A stretch of DNA of 64,000 bases from Candidatus Woesearchaeota archaeon (GCA_046546105.1 JBKGYN010000003.1:2178-66177), one strand, 5' to 3'; counted from the first letter of the stretch, positions 1-10,739 are shown. Notes: generated by a model not told the origin, from the sequence alone. Numbers and translations are program-made.

Positions 1-1
1 G

Positions 2-586
2 AACATTGCAGTTGACGTTGATGAAGTTATCGCCAGGTTTTTAGAGCAGTTCATGAATTTCCAGGAAGCGAGATATAACCGTAGGCTAGCCCCCGAGGAT
101 TGTCATTCGTATCTTTTCCGCGACCTCTTTGACATGACAGAGGAAGAAGAGATCAAGCAGATCATGGAGTTCTACGACAGCCCGTTTTTCAAGGATATCA
201 AGCCTATTCCGGAAGCGAGAGAAACGCTTGAGAGATTGAAACACCAAGGCCATTCCCTTTATGTCATCACTGCCCGACAGCACAGAATCGAGAAAGAGAC
301 CAAATCCTGGATTGACACTCACTTTCCAGGACTCTTCGAGGATGTTGTCATCACTAACGAAGCTTCTTTTGACGAGGATCACGTGAAAAAAGTTGACGTG
401 TGCAAAGAACTTGACGCTCAGGTTATCATCGAAGATTCCTTATCGAACGCTATTGACGCAGCGAATGCGAACATCCGCGCCGTTCTTATTGACAAGCCTT
501 GGAACCAGAATGAAGATGAGGATCCTCAAGGACTTTACAGAGTCAAATCATGGCAGGAAGCTTCAAGTATTCTTCTTGAGGATTAG
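2..586 (+). CDS. 5'(3')-deoxyribonucleotidase-like HAD phosphatase (NT5C family), 5' end cut by window edge
   Basis: The frame is open upstream of ATG 53 and reads NIAVDVDEVIA from base 2 (HAD motif I DxD). Later motifs are ITAR, K and IIEDS. Base 1 is probably the G of the start ATG. Confidence 0.8.
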   Translation, partial: NIAVDVDEVIARFLEQFMNFQEARYNRRLAPEDCHSYLFRDLFDMTEEEEIKQIMEFYDSPFFKDIKPIPEARETLERLKHQGHSLYVITARQHRIEKETKSWIDTHFPGLFEDVVITNEASFDEDHVKKVDVCKELDAQVIIEDSLSNAIDAANANIRAVLIDKPWNQNEDEDPQGLYRVKSWQEASSILLED

Positions 587-1812
587 GCAGGCGCTCCCAG
601 GAAAATATTGTGTTTGTCGCGTATGATTTTCACTCGCACCGATCCTTTCTCCTTATCAAGTCCTTTGACCGTGATAATCCGCCCTTTCGCAACGCAGAGT
701 CGCTCGTTGGCATGGCGTCCGGGGCTTTTCACTTCTGCTGTGACGACCTGGTTCTTGTGCATCGGTTTCTCAAGCGTCTTATCCTCGTAAATGCCGAATG
801 GGTTGTAATCAGCTTTGGGAGTGAGCGTGATACCGTATTCTTTCTCGAAGGGCTTGAGAAGTGAGAAGAATTCTTCAAACTCCATCTGTGTTTTCACAGG
901 CTTTCGACCGTGCTTGTGCACAAGGTAATTCTGGAATCCGATTGTCGGATAGGGGCTTTTGATTGTCTTGGCGAGCTTGACAAGCGGTTCGATATCGCGT
1001 TTAGGATTGTCCGTGTAGGTTGGGATGACCAGGGGTGCAAGTAATACGGGAAACCCAATCTTCTTGCAATACTCGATCATATCGAGGACATGATCAAGTG
1101 GATACGTCTTGCCGGAGATCTTGCTTGAGACTTCCTTGTCGAGGCTATTGAGCGATAGGTTGATCCTGCCAAGTCCTGCTGCCTTGAGCCTGTCGATAAG
1201 CTCTCGTGTCAGCAGCGTGCCATTCGTGTTGACTGAGATGGTGTTTGTTTTCGGAGAGCGCCGGAGTTCTGTAACAAGCTCCTCGAGAAAAGGATAGAGT
1301 AGCGGTTCCCCGTGCGGACCGATGTTGAATTCTACTGCGTGCTCCTTGTACGAAGCGATCTCAAGTGCTGTCTGTGCGAGATAGTAGGGGTCGATGAGGA
1401 TGTCGTATTCTTTCTTGTTCTGCCCTTCATCAACGCTGCAGTAGATGCAGTTGAGGTTGCAGCCGGTCATGGGTTTGAGTTCAAGAACATTCGTGTTCCT
1501 GTCAACAACCCCGAACTCTCCAGAACCGAGAAGAGGAATCCCGCTGTACTCATCGATGAAGATGACATTCTTGCCGTTGATAACATGAGTGAGATTGTCA
1601 AGCCCTCTATCGATGATCCGATTGACTTTATTGCTTGCTTTTTTCTCACTGACCGAAGGGAATTCCAGAGCGTTGGTCATGATACTGACATCTTGGTCGA
1701 TCTCTTCAAGCTCGCTTCTATCGATGGTGAACTTGTACCTCTTTGCGTATAGCACCGAAACAACCCTCTCATGTTCGTGAAAGGAGAAGTTTTCAAACTC
1801 AAGCACAGTCAT
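583..1812 (-). CDS. Radical SAM protein with C-terminal TRAM-like domain (archaeal uncharacterised family)
   Basis: CNLNCIYC CxxxCxxC motif, GEPLLY and TNG motifs, and a C-terminal beta domain ending RVKIIRDKHNIF. Confidence 0.85.
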   Translation of the reverse strand: MTVLEFENFSFHEHERVVSVLYAKRYKFTIDRSELEEIDQDVSIMTNALEFPSVSEKKASNKVNRIIDRGLDNLTHVINGKNVIFIDEYSGIPLLGSGEFGVVDRNTNVLELKPMTGCNLNCIYCSVDEGQNKKEYDILIDPYYLAQTALEIASYKEHAVEFNIGPHGEPLLYPFLEELVTELRRSPKTNTISVNTNGTLLTRELIDRLKAAGLGRINLSLNSLDKEVSSKISGKTYPLDHVLDMIEYCKKIGFPVLLAPLVIPTYTDNPKRDIEPLVKLAKTIKSPYPTIGFQNYLVHKHGRKPVKTQMEFEEFFSLLKPFEKEYGITLTPKADYNPFGIYEDKTLEKPMHKNQVVTAEVKSPGRHANERLCVAKGRIITVKGLDKEKGSVRVKIIRDKHNIFLGAPA

Positions 1813-1900
1813 GATTTTTGAAAACGAGAAGTTCTTTAAAAAACATATGGAAAAAAGAGGTTATTTCTGTATAATAACAATCTTTTTAAGTAGTCTTTTG

Positions 1901-3091
1901 ATGCGAAATGACAAGTTGGAACGGGCACTTAATTTTGTCGAAAGTCTGATGGTGAGACCGGGCGATAAACTTTATTATTTTGACCCGGAAGGTAAAACCG
2001 GTTCAAAAAGCATTTCTTCAGATGAGAACATACTCCTTTTCGAGCATGGCAGGGAGTTCATGGTCACGGACATGAAAATTCTTGATAGGGATAATAATGT
2101 CTTACGCTATATCGACTTCGGCCACGACCATTCGTTCAACAATCTCGATCTTGATAAGATCGCTAATATACAAGTGTATGTCGATGGCTTCCCGATCGCT
2201 CTTGATACTGATAATTTCAGTAAGAGTATCAAGGAGTCTCCCACATATTTCACCTCGCCTGAAGATCTTGAAGCCCTTGTGGATGATGGTCATGATTATG
2301 ACCTGTTCAAGACCCTTATACCGGATAGTGGCTTGTTCGATTTGACCATTGCAGAGTATATCAATTTCCACCAGTTTTTGATTGACACGATGAAACCTCC
2401 CACCTACGAGGATATCGCCGAATATATGGACGAGATGTATGACGATTCGGATTTGGATTCAGATGATGAAGACTTTGGACTTGAAGAGAACATGCAAAAT
2501 ACAGAATTATTCGCTCCAGGCTATGACACTCCTGAGTTGGTCCCTCCAGAAGATCATGATAGTGAACTCTATACGATAGGATTTCTCAATGAGGATGATC
2601 TCACCAATATCTACGAGAACACGATCATGGACAGCGTTGGTATTGAATTTCTTAATGATAAAGGGGAAATTGATATGTCAAAAGCACATCCTGAACGCCT
2701 CGGTCAGCGAGAGGATTTGGAAAAACCGATCGATGCTTACGAAGCAGAATTTCCCCAATATTATCAGGAAGAAGGGACTCACCTTGAAGACTTCCTTGAA
2801 GAGGAGGATGATTCTGAAACCGCTGTGTTCTACAGTCTCAGAGACATCTATGAAAGCCTTCAAGACCAATACCAGAAAAAGATTGAGTTCGTCTCATATA
2901 TGAGTAGCATGTATTCGGTTGAGACGATAGGCGATATCAGGAATCTTCTTATGACCCGGAAAGTCCCTGAAGAGACAATCGTCCGCTTCACCCGTTCGGG
3001 ACATCTTACTGATACTGTGTTTGAAGAGCCTGTGTTTGAAAAGTACTCTGTCTTATTCGAACATGATAACAACACGATTTATGAGAAGTGA
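1901..3091 (+). CDS. Hypothetical acidic protein, paralogue of the next gene
   Basis: Long ORF. ATG 1901 is preferred because 1811 overlaps the divergent gene's start. Shares sequence blocks with 3136..3945. Confidence 0.65.
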   Translation: MRNDKLERALNFVESLMVRPGDKLYYFDPEGKTGSKSISSDENILLFEHGREFMVTDMKILDRDNNVLRYIDFGHDHSFNNLDLDKIANIQVYVDGFPIALDTDNFSKSIKESPTYFTSPEDLEALVDDGHDYDLFKTLIPDSGLFDLTIAEYINFHQFLIDTMKPPTYEDIAEYMDEMYDDSDLDSDDEDFGLEENMQNTELFAPGYDTPELVPPEDHDSELYTIGFLNEDDLTNIYENTIMDSVGIEFLNDKGEIDMSKAHPERLGQREDLEKPIDAYEAEFPQYYQEEGTHLEDFLEEEDDSETAVFYSLRDIYESLQDQYQKKIEFVSYMSSMYSVETIGDIRNLLMTRKVPEETIVRFTRSGHLTDTVFEEPVFEKYSVLFEHDNNTIYEK

Positions 3092-3135
3092 CCGTGAGAA
3101 ATATTTAAAAAAGAGAATCTGTCCGTGAAAATCCG

Positions 3136-3945
3136 ATGAAAAAGCCATTGACCATTGAGCAAGCCGTGACAATAGAGCCTGGAGATAAAGTCTACTTTCG
3201 CGATGGTGAAGGAGGGTTTAATCCTCTTATCGTTTCAGCGGTAAGGGCAAAAGATTCTTTGAACGACACAGTGATTCACAAGCGCTTATTCACACCTCTT
3301 ATCGAATTTTCCTCATCAGCAGAGATCAATGATGTGATCATCACGCCTGTCAATAGCCAGATAAGCTATTCCCACTCACGAATTTACGCAGAAGCTGGCA
3401 AGGTGACTCCATATAGTGTCAGTGACATACTCAAGTCCCGTAGTGCTTCCCAGCTCCATAGTGAAATCCTTAACGAGATGGTTCCTGAAAACGGTCTTTT
3501 CAACCTGCCCATACGCGAGTTCAAGGATTGGCTCGTGCTCGGCGGCAATCTCTATAGTAACCTTGATATCGATCTTGTTGAGGAGATGTTCTACCGCGAG
3601 CTTGCCAGGGAGCAAAACAATATCGAAATGAGAGGATCTCCGATCGTTACGCTTGATGCGTATTATAACCATAAATTCCAGGAGTATCAGGATCGCTTTG
3701 AACAGCTGGAAAGCACATACCGCATGATTTCTTATGTCGAGAAGCATTATCCGAAAGAACACTTCGATAATGTTAACCACCCCATTCGGACTATTGGTGA
3801 TCTGACCAAGAAACTCTATAATAATGAGATTGATAAGCAGACCATGAACGTGCTCATCAACGAGGGCGGATTTTCGATGACGCCGTTCAAAGAAGCTGTC
3901 AAGATGAGTTATAATGATCTCTTGAGTCGCAGGAACCCCTCATGA
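3136..3945 (+). CDS. Hypothetical protein, paralogue of the previous gene
   Basis: 269-aa ORF after an AT-rich TATA-like element. PGDK, GLF and TIGD blocks are shared with the upstream ORF. Confidence 0.65.
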   Translation: MKKPLTIEQAVTIEPGDKVYFRDGEGGFNPLIVSAVRAKDSLNDTVIHKRLFTPLIEFSSSAEINDVIITPVNSQISYSHSRIYAEAGKVTPYSVSDILKSRSASQLHSEILNEMVPENGLFNLPIREFKDWLVLGGNLYSNLDIDLVEEMFYRELAREQNNIEMRGSPIVTLDAYYNHKFQEYQDRFEQLESTYRMISYVEKHYPKEHFDNVNHPIRTIGDLTKKLYNNEIDKQTMNVLINEGGFSMTPFKEAVKMSYNDLLSRRNPS

Positions 3946-4686
3946 GTTCATGACTTTCTCTACCTTCCCTTTCTTGAGAAGGATTTGCGCTATGGAATCT
4001 GGTAGTGTCACGATCTGTTCTTTTTCATACGGTCCGAAAATCTCTTTGTTCTTCCCGTAGAATTTAGGTACTGATGTGGTGAATTTGACAATGACCCCAT
4101 CCTCTCCTGTTCCTTTGCTATGGTTCTTGACATTCTCATCTGAAGACTGTTTTGCTTCAGAGCGTTCATTGGTCGCAACACCTACCGTTTCAGCTTCAGA
4201 ATCCGCTTTGCTTTCAGAATCTCTTCGTTCTGATTCGTTACTTGCAGAGTTTTCCTCTTCTTGTTTTGCATAGTGGTCTTCAGAAACAATCGTGGGCAGC
4301 TGGTTCTCAAAGACGTTCTTGAGAACTCCTTCCTTATAGCGTCGCAGCAGAGATAGAGTCTCCTCAAAAAGAGCTTTCTCTTCAGCGAGCATATTATTCG
4401 TGTCCACATAGCCTGCAGCGTCCGTGCGGATGACATTCAATGCAAGATTGAGTATTTTTCGTTCTCTTCGCTCATATATTTCTTTCAGGATGCGTTTGAT
4501 GTTTTGGAGTTGTATTTTCGCTTTTTCCTGCTCCCCAGGGCGGGAGGTGTTCTGGACTTCTTCTCGTTCTTTCATATAATTGATGACATACTTCCAGAAC
4601 TGCTGGTCAAGTGTCTGGAGTTCTTCAAGACTCCTTTCTTTTCTCAGAAGGTCAAAGAGTGTTTCGTATGTGATGTGGACGTCCAT
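3940..4686 (-). CDS. DNA replication GINS complex subunit (GINS15/Gins51 type)
   Basis: N-terminal helical A-domain (ITYETLFDLLRKE..LQTL, IYERRERKI), an acidic linker, and a C-terminal B-domain (FGPYEKEQIVTLPDSIAQILLKKGK). Confidence 0.85.
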   Translation of the reverse strand: MDVHITYETLFDLLRKERSLEELQTLDQQFWKYVINYMKEREEVQNTSRPGEQEKAKIQLQNIKRILKEIYERRERKILNLALNVIRTDAAGYVDTNNMLAEEKALFEETLSLLRRYKEGVLKNVFENQLPTIVSEDHYAKQEEENSASNESERRDSESKADSEAETVGVATNERSEAKQSSDENVKNHSKGTGEDGVIVKFTTSVPKFYGKNKEIFGPYEKEQIVTLPDSIAQILLKKGKVEKVMNS

Positions 4687-4838
4687 TTTACCCGACTATC
4701 ATTACCCTCACAAGAGGTGACTCAGTGTCGTATATAAATCTTGCCTGACTGTAGTGAATCTGTAAAGCTGAATATTTATAAAGTGAAAGTTCTTATGTGA
4801 TGAGTAGTATATAGAAAACTTTTATGGAGGTAACGCAG

Positions 4839-5036
4839 ATGACAAAAATGTTTTCCCGCGAGAAGCGGAAACTGTCCAAGACCGGTGGTCGCAATAGGGC
4901 TCCGCGCCCGAAGACCTTCGCTTCTGAAGAAGCGGCGAAGAAATGGGCTGAAGCCAAGGGATTGAAAAAGTACCAGCTTGAAGATCTTCGTCCAGAATCC
5001 CAGCGTAAGAAGATTCGCGTCGTTCCGGAGGAGTAA
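4839..5036 (+). CDS. Small basic hypothetical protein
   Basis: GGAGGT SD at 4826-4831 before ATG 4839. Lys/Arg-rich (RPKTFASEEAAKKWAE). A T-run follows the stop. Confidence 0.7.
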   Translation: MTKMFSREKRKLSKTGGRNRAPRPKTFASEEAAKKWAEAKGLKKYQLEDLRPESQRKKIRVVPEE

Positions 5037-5134
5037 TCAGATGTTTTTCACTTTCTTTTTTTAATGACTCGCATTTACGATGTATGAACCATAGCATTTA
5101 AAAATAAGAACATCCACCTAATTCTTTGATAATT

Positions 5135-6190
5135 ATGGGATTGTTTGATGATATGCTTGAAGGTGGCCAATCGCTTTTCAAGGATGAGGTCGCTCTCGAT
5201 TACGATTTTCTTCCTAAGACCATCCCTTACAGGGAGCAAGAACAACAGTATGTCGCAACCTGTATGAAACCGCTTTTTTCAGGTCGTAGTGGTCGTAACC
5301 TTTTCATTCACGGTCCTCCGGGTATCGGGAAGACTGCTGCTGTCAGACATGTGCTTCGTGAGCTTGAGGAAAAGACTGATGAGATCGCTCCTGTGTTTGT
5401 CAATTGCTGGCAGTATAACACCAGTTACAAGATCATGGTCGAGATCTGCGAGCAGCTCGGTTATCGTTTCACACAGAACAAGAAGACGACAGAATTGTTC
5501 AAGATCGCTACCCAGCTTCTTAACAAGCAGTCTGCAGTCCTTGTTTTTGATGAAATCGACAAGGCGGAGGATTTTGATTTTCTCTATGTACTCATTGAAG
5601 AGGTTTATAGGAAGTCCATCTTTCTCATCACGAATTTCCAGTCTTGGCTTCTTGAGCTTGATGATCGCATCCGAAGCCGTCTCATGGCTGAGCTTCTCGA
5701 GTTCAAGCAATATAACGCTACTGAGACAAGCGGCATCCTGAAAGAACGTATGGGTTATGCCTTCATTCCAGGCACATGGGATGATAAAGCCATGGAAATG
5801 GTCATTGATAAGACTGCTTCAATCAAGGATATCCGTAGCGGTCTGTTCTTGCTTCGCGAGAGTGCAACTCTGGCCGAGGATCAGTCCAGACGGAAAGTTA
5901 TGTCCGAACATGTCGAAAAAGCGATTGAGAAGCTCGATCAGTTCACCTCGAAAAAGACTGACGAGCTTGATGAAGAGACTAAATTCATCCTTTCTATCGT
6001 GCGCAAGTCAAGCGGTAATCGCATCGGCGAGCTCTTCAAGGAGTATGAGAAAGAGGGTGGTAAGAGTTCGTATAAGACCTTCCAGCGAAAGATAACGAAG
6101 CTTGAAGAAGGCAAATATATCAACCTGACCAAGAAATCTGGAGCTGGCGGGAATACGACGATTGTCGAGAAGCGCCTGACCGATTTCTGA
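5135..6190 (+). CDS. cdc6: Cdc6/Orc1 family AAA+ ATPase
   Basis: LDYDFLP..IPYRE N-terminus, Walker A GPPGIGKT, VNC, Walker B VFDEID, RIRSR, F..Y box VII region, DIR sensor 2 and a C-terminal winged helix. Confidence 0.9.
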   Translation: MGLFDDMLEGGQSLFKDEVALDYDFLPKTIPYREQEQQYVATCMKPLFSGRSGRNLFIHGPPGIGKTAAVRHVLRELEEKTDEIAPVFVNCWQYNTSYKIMVEICEQLGYRFTQNKKTTELFKIATQLLNKQSAVLVFDEIDKAEDFDFLYVLIEEVYRKSIFLITNFQSWLLELDDRIRSRLMAELLEFKQYNATETSGILKERMGYAFIPGTWDDKAMEMVIDKTASIKDIRSGLFLLRESATLAEDQSRRKVMSEHVEKAIEKLDQFTSKKTDELDEETKFILSIVRKSSGNRIGELFKEYEKEGGKSSYKTFQRKITKLEEGKYINLTKKSGAGGNTTIVEKRLTDF

Positions 6191-6288
6191 ATGCTTTGAC
6201 TACTATGAAGTAATTACAAAACCACAACTTTTATAAATAACAACATCTCTAGTAAAGAGTATACACACCCCTTTGCATGGTGATTGTC

Positions 6289-6978
6289 ATGGCAGAACCA
6301 CTAGACGGAACGAAAACGGCATTCGAATACATCAAGAACAACCTCTCCACTGATTACTCCATCCGATCTGAGGCGGAAGATAAACGACCGATGACTGTTG
6401 AAGATGTTAATGGAAACAGCATTGATATTTACGTATTGAAATCACCCACTAATCCGGCCTCAAAATCAGAAAAAAAGTATCAGTCAGAACTGAGAAACCA
6501 TCTTATTGACATCGACGCTGTAGATGAAGAGGTCATCCGGAATCAGGTTGAGGGTCGCTATACGGTTGTTGTTCCGATCAACCTTTCAGCAGGAGAAACG
6601 ACTATCGGGCAGGATCCGAACTATACCGGTGTGAACCACCACCGATTCTACGATGAATTCGACGGCGAAAAGAGATTCTACGATGCTGTTAACATATCAC
6701 CCCTGCGGGAGTTTACAGCGATTCCTATCGGTGAAGATATGGAGATTTCCCCAGAGTTCAACAATAACACCAGGAAAATGGATTACAGCCTGCTTGAAGC
6801 AGTTGTTAAAGACGACATCCGACATGATGATAAGCGGTTCATCAACCCGGTGAACCTTTATAACAACAAGAACAAGAAGGATAAGCTGGAAATCCACCTG
6901 CCTGAAAACGACCAGTACAACATGGGCGTTATCGTCCCTGAAGGCAGCAAGACTTTCAAGCAGTATATCAACGAATAA
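6289..6978 (+). CDS. Hypothetical protein
   Basis: ~230-aa ORF with GGTGA SD at 6279-6283. No motif recognised. Confidence 0.6.
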   Translation: MAEPLDGTKTAFEYIKNNLSTDYSIRSEAEDKRPMTVEDVNGNSIDIYVLKSPTNPASKSEKKYQSELRNHLIDIDAVDEEVIRNQVEGRYTVVVPINLSAGETTIGQDPNYTGVNHHRFYDEFDGEKRFYDAVNISPLREFTAIPIGEDMEISPEFNNNTRKMDYSLLEAVVKDDIRHDDKRFINPVNLYNNKNKKDKLEIHLPENDQYNMGVIVPEGSKTFKQYINE

Positions 6979-6994
6979 GATTCGTTTTATTTCT

Positions 6995-8641
6995 TTAGTT
7001 TTCTTTTACATGCATACTGGTAATTCCATCACGCTCTCCAAAGACCGACCGTTTCACCGCAGCCACCAGTCCGTTGAATAGCGGTGCAGGTCGTTCCAGA
7101 GCGCTTTTGAGTTCTGGATGCGCTTGAGTCGCCACGAAATATGGGTGTTCCGATCGTTCGATGAATTCTGCAAGCTTGCCATCTGGACTCATGCCTGAGA
7201 GCCTCAATCCCCAGTCCTTGAGTTTCTCATGATAATCAGGATTCACTTCAAAGCGGTGCCTGTGCCGTTCAGAGACTTCGGTTCTTCCATAAAGCGAATG
7301 CACAAGCGACCCTTTCTCGACGAGTGCCGGATAGGCTCCTTTGCGCAGTGTTCCGCCTATGGCAGTGATATCTTTTTTCTCAGGTAGGATGTCGATGACA
7401 GGATCCGGCGTCTCTGGATTCGCTTCTGTCGTGTGCGCCTTTGACTTGCCTCCTAGTGAACGTGCGGTCTCGATGACTGCCAGTTGTAGGCCGTAGCATA
7501 GCCCCAAAAATGGGATGTTGTTCTCCCGTATGTATTTGATGACTGAGATCTTACCCTCGATTCCTCTCGTTCCGAAACCTCCGGGAACGATCACACCATG
7601 AACGTCTGTCAAGGATTCTTCAACACGCTGCTCTCCGTTCTCAATCGCTTCAGTGTCAACCCAGGTGACATCCACCTTGACCTTGTTATGAGCTCCTGCA
7701 TGCGAGAGCGCCTCGACCACCGATGCATAAGAGTCTTCAAGGGCTGTATACTTGCCACAGATTGCGATGCGGACTGTCTCTGTCGCGTCCTGTTGCTGAT
7801 GTACCAGCCGGTTCCAATTGGTCAGGTCGGGCTTAGCATCAAGTCCGAGTTGCTTGTTGATGACCTTGACGATTCCTTGCTCGTTGAAAATTTGCGGAAT
7901 CTTATAGACACTATCGACATCCATCGCGCTGAAGACCGCTTCAGGACTGATGTTCGAGAATTCTGAGATCTTTCTTTTGACATTATCAGAGACTGCTTCC
8001 TCACCCCGGCAAATGATCGCTCCCGGAAAGAGACCTCGCTCCATGAGGTTTGCAACGGATTGCTGTGTCGGTTTTGATTTCTGCTCGTTCACACCTGCTG
8101 GTATGGGAACGTAGGTGAGATGTGCGAAAAAGACCTTCTCAGGACCGTACTCCAGACGTAGTCGTCTTGCCGCTTCAAGGTAGAGCTCGTTTTCCATATC
8201 TCCGACCGTTCCTCCGATCTCGATGAGAACGACATCCGCCTCTTTTGACTCGGCGACTCCTTTCCACCAGTCGATGATATGATTTGCCGCATGTGGAACG
8301 AGCTGGACGGTCTTTCCTTTGAAATCACCGTTTCGCTCCTTTTCCCGCAGTTCTTCGAAAACGCGTCCCATGGTGAGATTCTGTGCCCCGCCACATATTG
8401 TTCGTAAGAATCGTTCGTAATGGCCGAAGTCCATATCCACTTCGGTACCGTCATCAAGCACGAAGACCTCGCCATGCTCTACCGGGTTCATCGTTCCCGG
8501 ATCGACGTTGAGATAGCCGTCGCATTTGATCGGGACGACCTTGTAATCGTAAGAAAGTAGTTGACCTATTGAGGCTGAAGAGATGCCCTTGCCCAAACCT
8601 GAAAGAACTCCGCCCGTCACGATGATGTATTTAGTATCCAT
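6995..8641 (-). CDS. pyrG: CTP synthase
   Basis: KYIIVTGGVLSGLGKG, YLNVDPGTM, EIGGTVGD, KSKPTQQS, and a GATase domain with GLCYGLQ, ERHRHR and HPE. Confidence 0.97.
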   Translation of the reverse strand: MDTKYIIVTGGVLSGLGKGISSASIGQLLSYDYKVVPIKCDGYLNVDPGTMNPVEHGEVFVLDDGTEVDMDFGHYERFLRTICGGAQNLTMGRVFEELREKERNGDFKGKTVQLVPHAANHIIDWWKGVAESKEADVVLIEIGGTVGDMENELYLEAARRLRLEYGPEKVFFAHLTYVPIPAGVNEQKSKPTQQSVANLMERGLFPGAIICRGEEAVSDNVKRKISEFSNISPEAVFSAMDVDSVYKIPQIFNEQGIVKVINKQLGLDAKPDLTNWNRLVHQQQDATETVRIAICGKYTALEDSYASVVEALSHAGAHNKVKVDVTWVDTEAIENGEQRVEESLTDVHGVIVPGGFGTRGIEGKISVIKYIRENNIPFLGLCYGLQLAVIETARSLGGKSKAHTTEANPETPDPVIDILPEKKDITAIGGTLRKGAYPALVEKGSLVHSLYGRTEVSERHRHRFEVNPDYHEKLKDWGLRLSGMSPDGKLAEFIERSEHPYFVATQAHPELKSALERPAPLFNGLVAAVKRSVFGERDGITSMHVKEN

Positions 8642-8756
8642 AACGGGATTATAATAATCTGGAAACATATTTTTAAGGTTTGTTATCATCAAACATAGGT
8701 GTTTGATCGAAGGGTTTTATAAGTGAAAAAAAGAAAAAAGAGATTGACCAGCATCC

Positions 8757-10511
8757 TCAGGTTTCCACTTGCAGTTTCTGTTTCTGGAGCAGCTTGTAGA
8801 ACCGGTCCCGTTTTTCCATTAGCTTTCTGAACGTCCCTTGTTCCTTGACCCGACCGTGTTCCATATAAACGATCCTATCAACATTCTCCAGCGTCGAGAG
8901 TCGGTGCGCTATGATGATGATAGTCTTACCTTCAATCCTGTCGATAGCATCCTGTATGCTTCGTTCGGTTCTCGTGTCAAGGTGTGAGGTCGCTTCGTCC
9001 AGGATGATGACTGATGCGTTCCTGTAAAGAGCTCGCGCGATGCTCACTCTTTGTCGCTCTCCGCCGCTGAGCTTGTATCCTTTCTCTCCGATGATCGTCA
9101 GGAGTCCCTGCGGCAATTTCCTGATGACCTTGCTAAGCCCTGACGCTCGTATCACATAGTCGAGTCGTTTCTTGTCCACGCCGTTTTGCGAGAGCGTGAT
9201 GTTCTCTCTCAACGTCATGTTGAACACTTCCTGATCCTGTGACACGACTGTCACTTCGTTTCTCAAGTTATAGCGCTTGATGTCAAGCAGGTTTCGTCCA
9301 CCTATGCGTATCGCTCCGTTTGTCGGTTCATAGAGTCGCAGGAGCAATTTGATGAGTGTCGACTTTCCGGCTCCCGAACCTCCGACTATTCCTACTTTCT
9401 CGTTTCTCCGGATAGTCAAGTCAAGCCCTTGCAGTATGTCTTTCTGGTCATATCTGAATCTTACCTTGTCAAAGCGTAGCTCCTTCCAGCCTCGCGGCAC
9501 ATTTTTCTTTCCTTGCTTGTCGAATGGTTTTTCATGGAGTTGCAGTATCTCTTGCAGTCGCTGCATCTTCACCTTGAACTGTATGAGGTTCAGGCTGATG
9601 TTTGAATACTTCGAGATACCATTCGCAAACCGGGTATAGTACCCTGTAAATACCACGATCCGCCCTACCGTTATCGCTTGCGCCACCACATCGTATCCTA
9701 CAATCAGGAAAAAGATCGCGTGGCCGAGTGTGATGAGCACGTTCACCGCTTTCATCTTGTTCTGTGAAGTCACTTTATGCTTTTCCCAGAGCTGCTCGTA
9801 TTGTCTCTCGTGCGAGTGCATCGAGTTCTTGAATCGCTTGTGCAGCCCAAGCGATTTTATTGTCATGATGTTGCTTGCCGCTTCGTGCGCCTTTCCGGAG
9901 AGCGTTTCCTGTTTCTTGTGCAGATCCTTCGATCGCTTGTATAGCTTGTTCTCGTAGTACTTCTCCACCGCTATGTAGATCGCTGCGAATAGGAGCATGA
10001 ACATCACGTACTTCCAACCGACAAAGAAGAATATGATGATCGCGCCCACGAAGTCGATGAGAAACGCCGCCAGTTCGTTCGATAGCAGTCGTGCAAAATC
10101 ATGCGAGCTTTTCGAACCGCTTTGCACCCGTTGCACCTTGTTGCCCGTGTTCTCCTTCTCATGCCAGAACAGGTCGAGTTCGAGCAGTTTCGTGAAACCT
10201 CTCATCCGTAAATGTTTCTGCGTTTCCATCCCTGCCTTCTGTATGAAGAATTTCGAGTAGAATCGTGTGATGACTTTCACGACTCCTACCACGAATATCC
10301 CTCCGACTAGCCAGTGGAATTCTGTCAACACCTGCCCTTGCTCGTAGTTGATGAAGAAGTCCACGATGCGTCCTGTCAAGTATACTGCCAGGAAGGTCAG
10401 TGAACCGCTTGCTATCCTCAACGCCAGCATGAGAAGCAGTTTCAGTCTGTTGCCAGGGTACGACCTGTACAGGTCTTCGAAATAGTTCTTATACGTATAG
10501 TCTTCCGCCAT
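8757..10511 (-). CDS. ABC exporter, fused permease/ATPase (MsbA/MdlB-like)
   Basis: N-terminal transmembrane helices, Walker A GGSGAGKS, signature LSGGERQR, Walker B ILDEATS, H-loop IAHRLST. GAGGTGA SD. Confidence 0.92.
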   Translation of the reverse strand: MAEDYTYKNYFEDLYRSYPGNRLKLLLMLALRIASGSLTFLAVYLTGRIVDFFINYEQGQVLTEFHWLVGGIFVVGVVKVITRFYSKFFIQKAGMETQKHLRMRGFTKLLELDLFWHEKENTGNKVQRVQSGSKSSHDFARLLSNELAAFLIDFVGAIIIFFFVGWKYVMFMLLFAAIYIAVEKYYENKLYKRSKDLHKKQETLSGKAHEAASNIMTIKSLGLHKRFKNSMHSHERQYEQLWEKHKVTSQNKMKAVNVLITLGHAIFFLIVGYDVVAQAITVGRIVVFTGYYTRFANGISKYSNISLNLIQFKVKMQRLQEILQLHEKPFDKQGKKNVPRGWKELRFDKVRFRYDQKDILQGLDLTIRRNEKVGIVGGSGAGKSTLIKLLLRLYEPTNGAIRIGGRNLLDIKRYNLRNEVTVVSQDQEVFNMTLRENITLSQNGVDKKRLDYVIRASGLSKVIRKLPQGLLTIIGEKGYKLSGGERQRVSIARALYRNASVIILDEATSHLDTRTERSIQDAIDRIEGKTIIIIAHRLSTLENVDRIVYMEHGRVKEQGTFRKLMEKRDRFYKLLQKQKLQVET

Positions 10512-10739
10512 GTGTCACCTCGCAATTCGATTTCGCCTGAGGCGGAAACATTCCGCCCCAGTATATATACTGCGTTTCTCATATAAAAAGATTTGTGTTT
10601 TTTACTATGTGTTAATGACAACAACCAACGAAAGATTTATATAGAAGTGTATCTTTATTGATAATTAGAAGGTGAACAGACGCTTCGCAATCGATTTCGC
10701 CCATCGATTTCTCCAGTAAGAATTCTAATCAGAACTATC

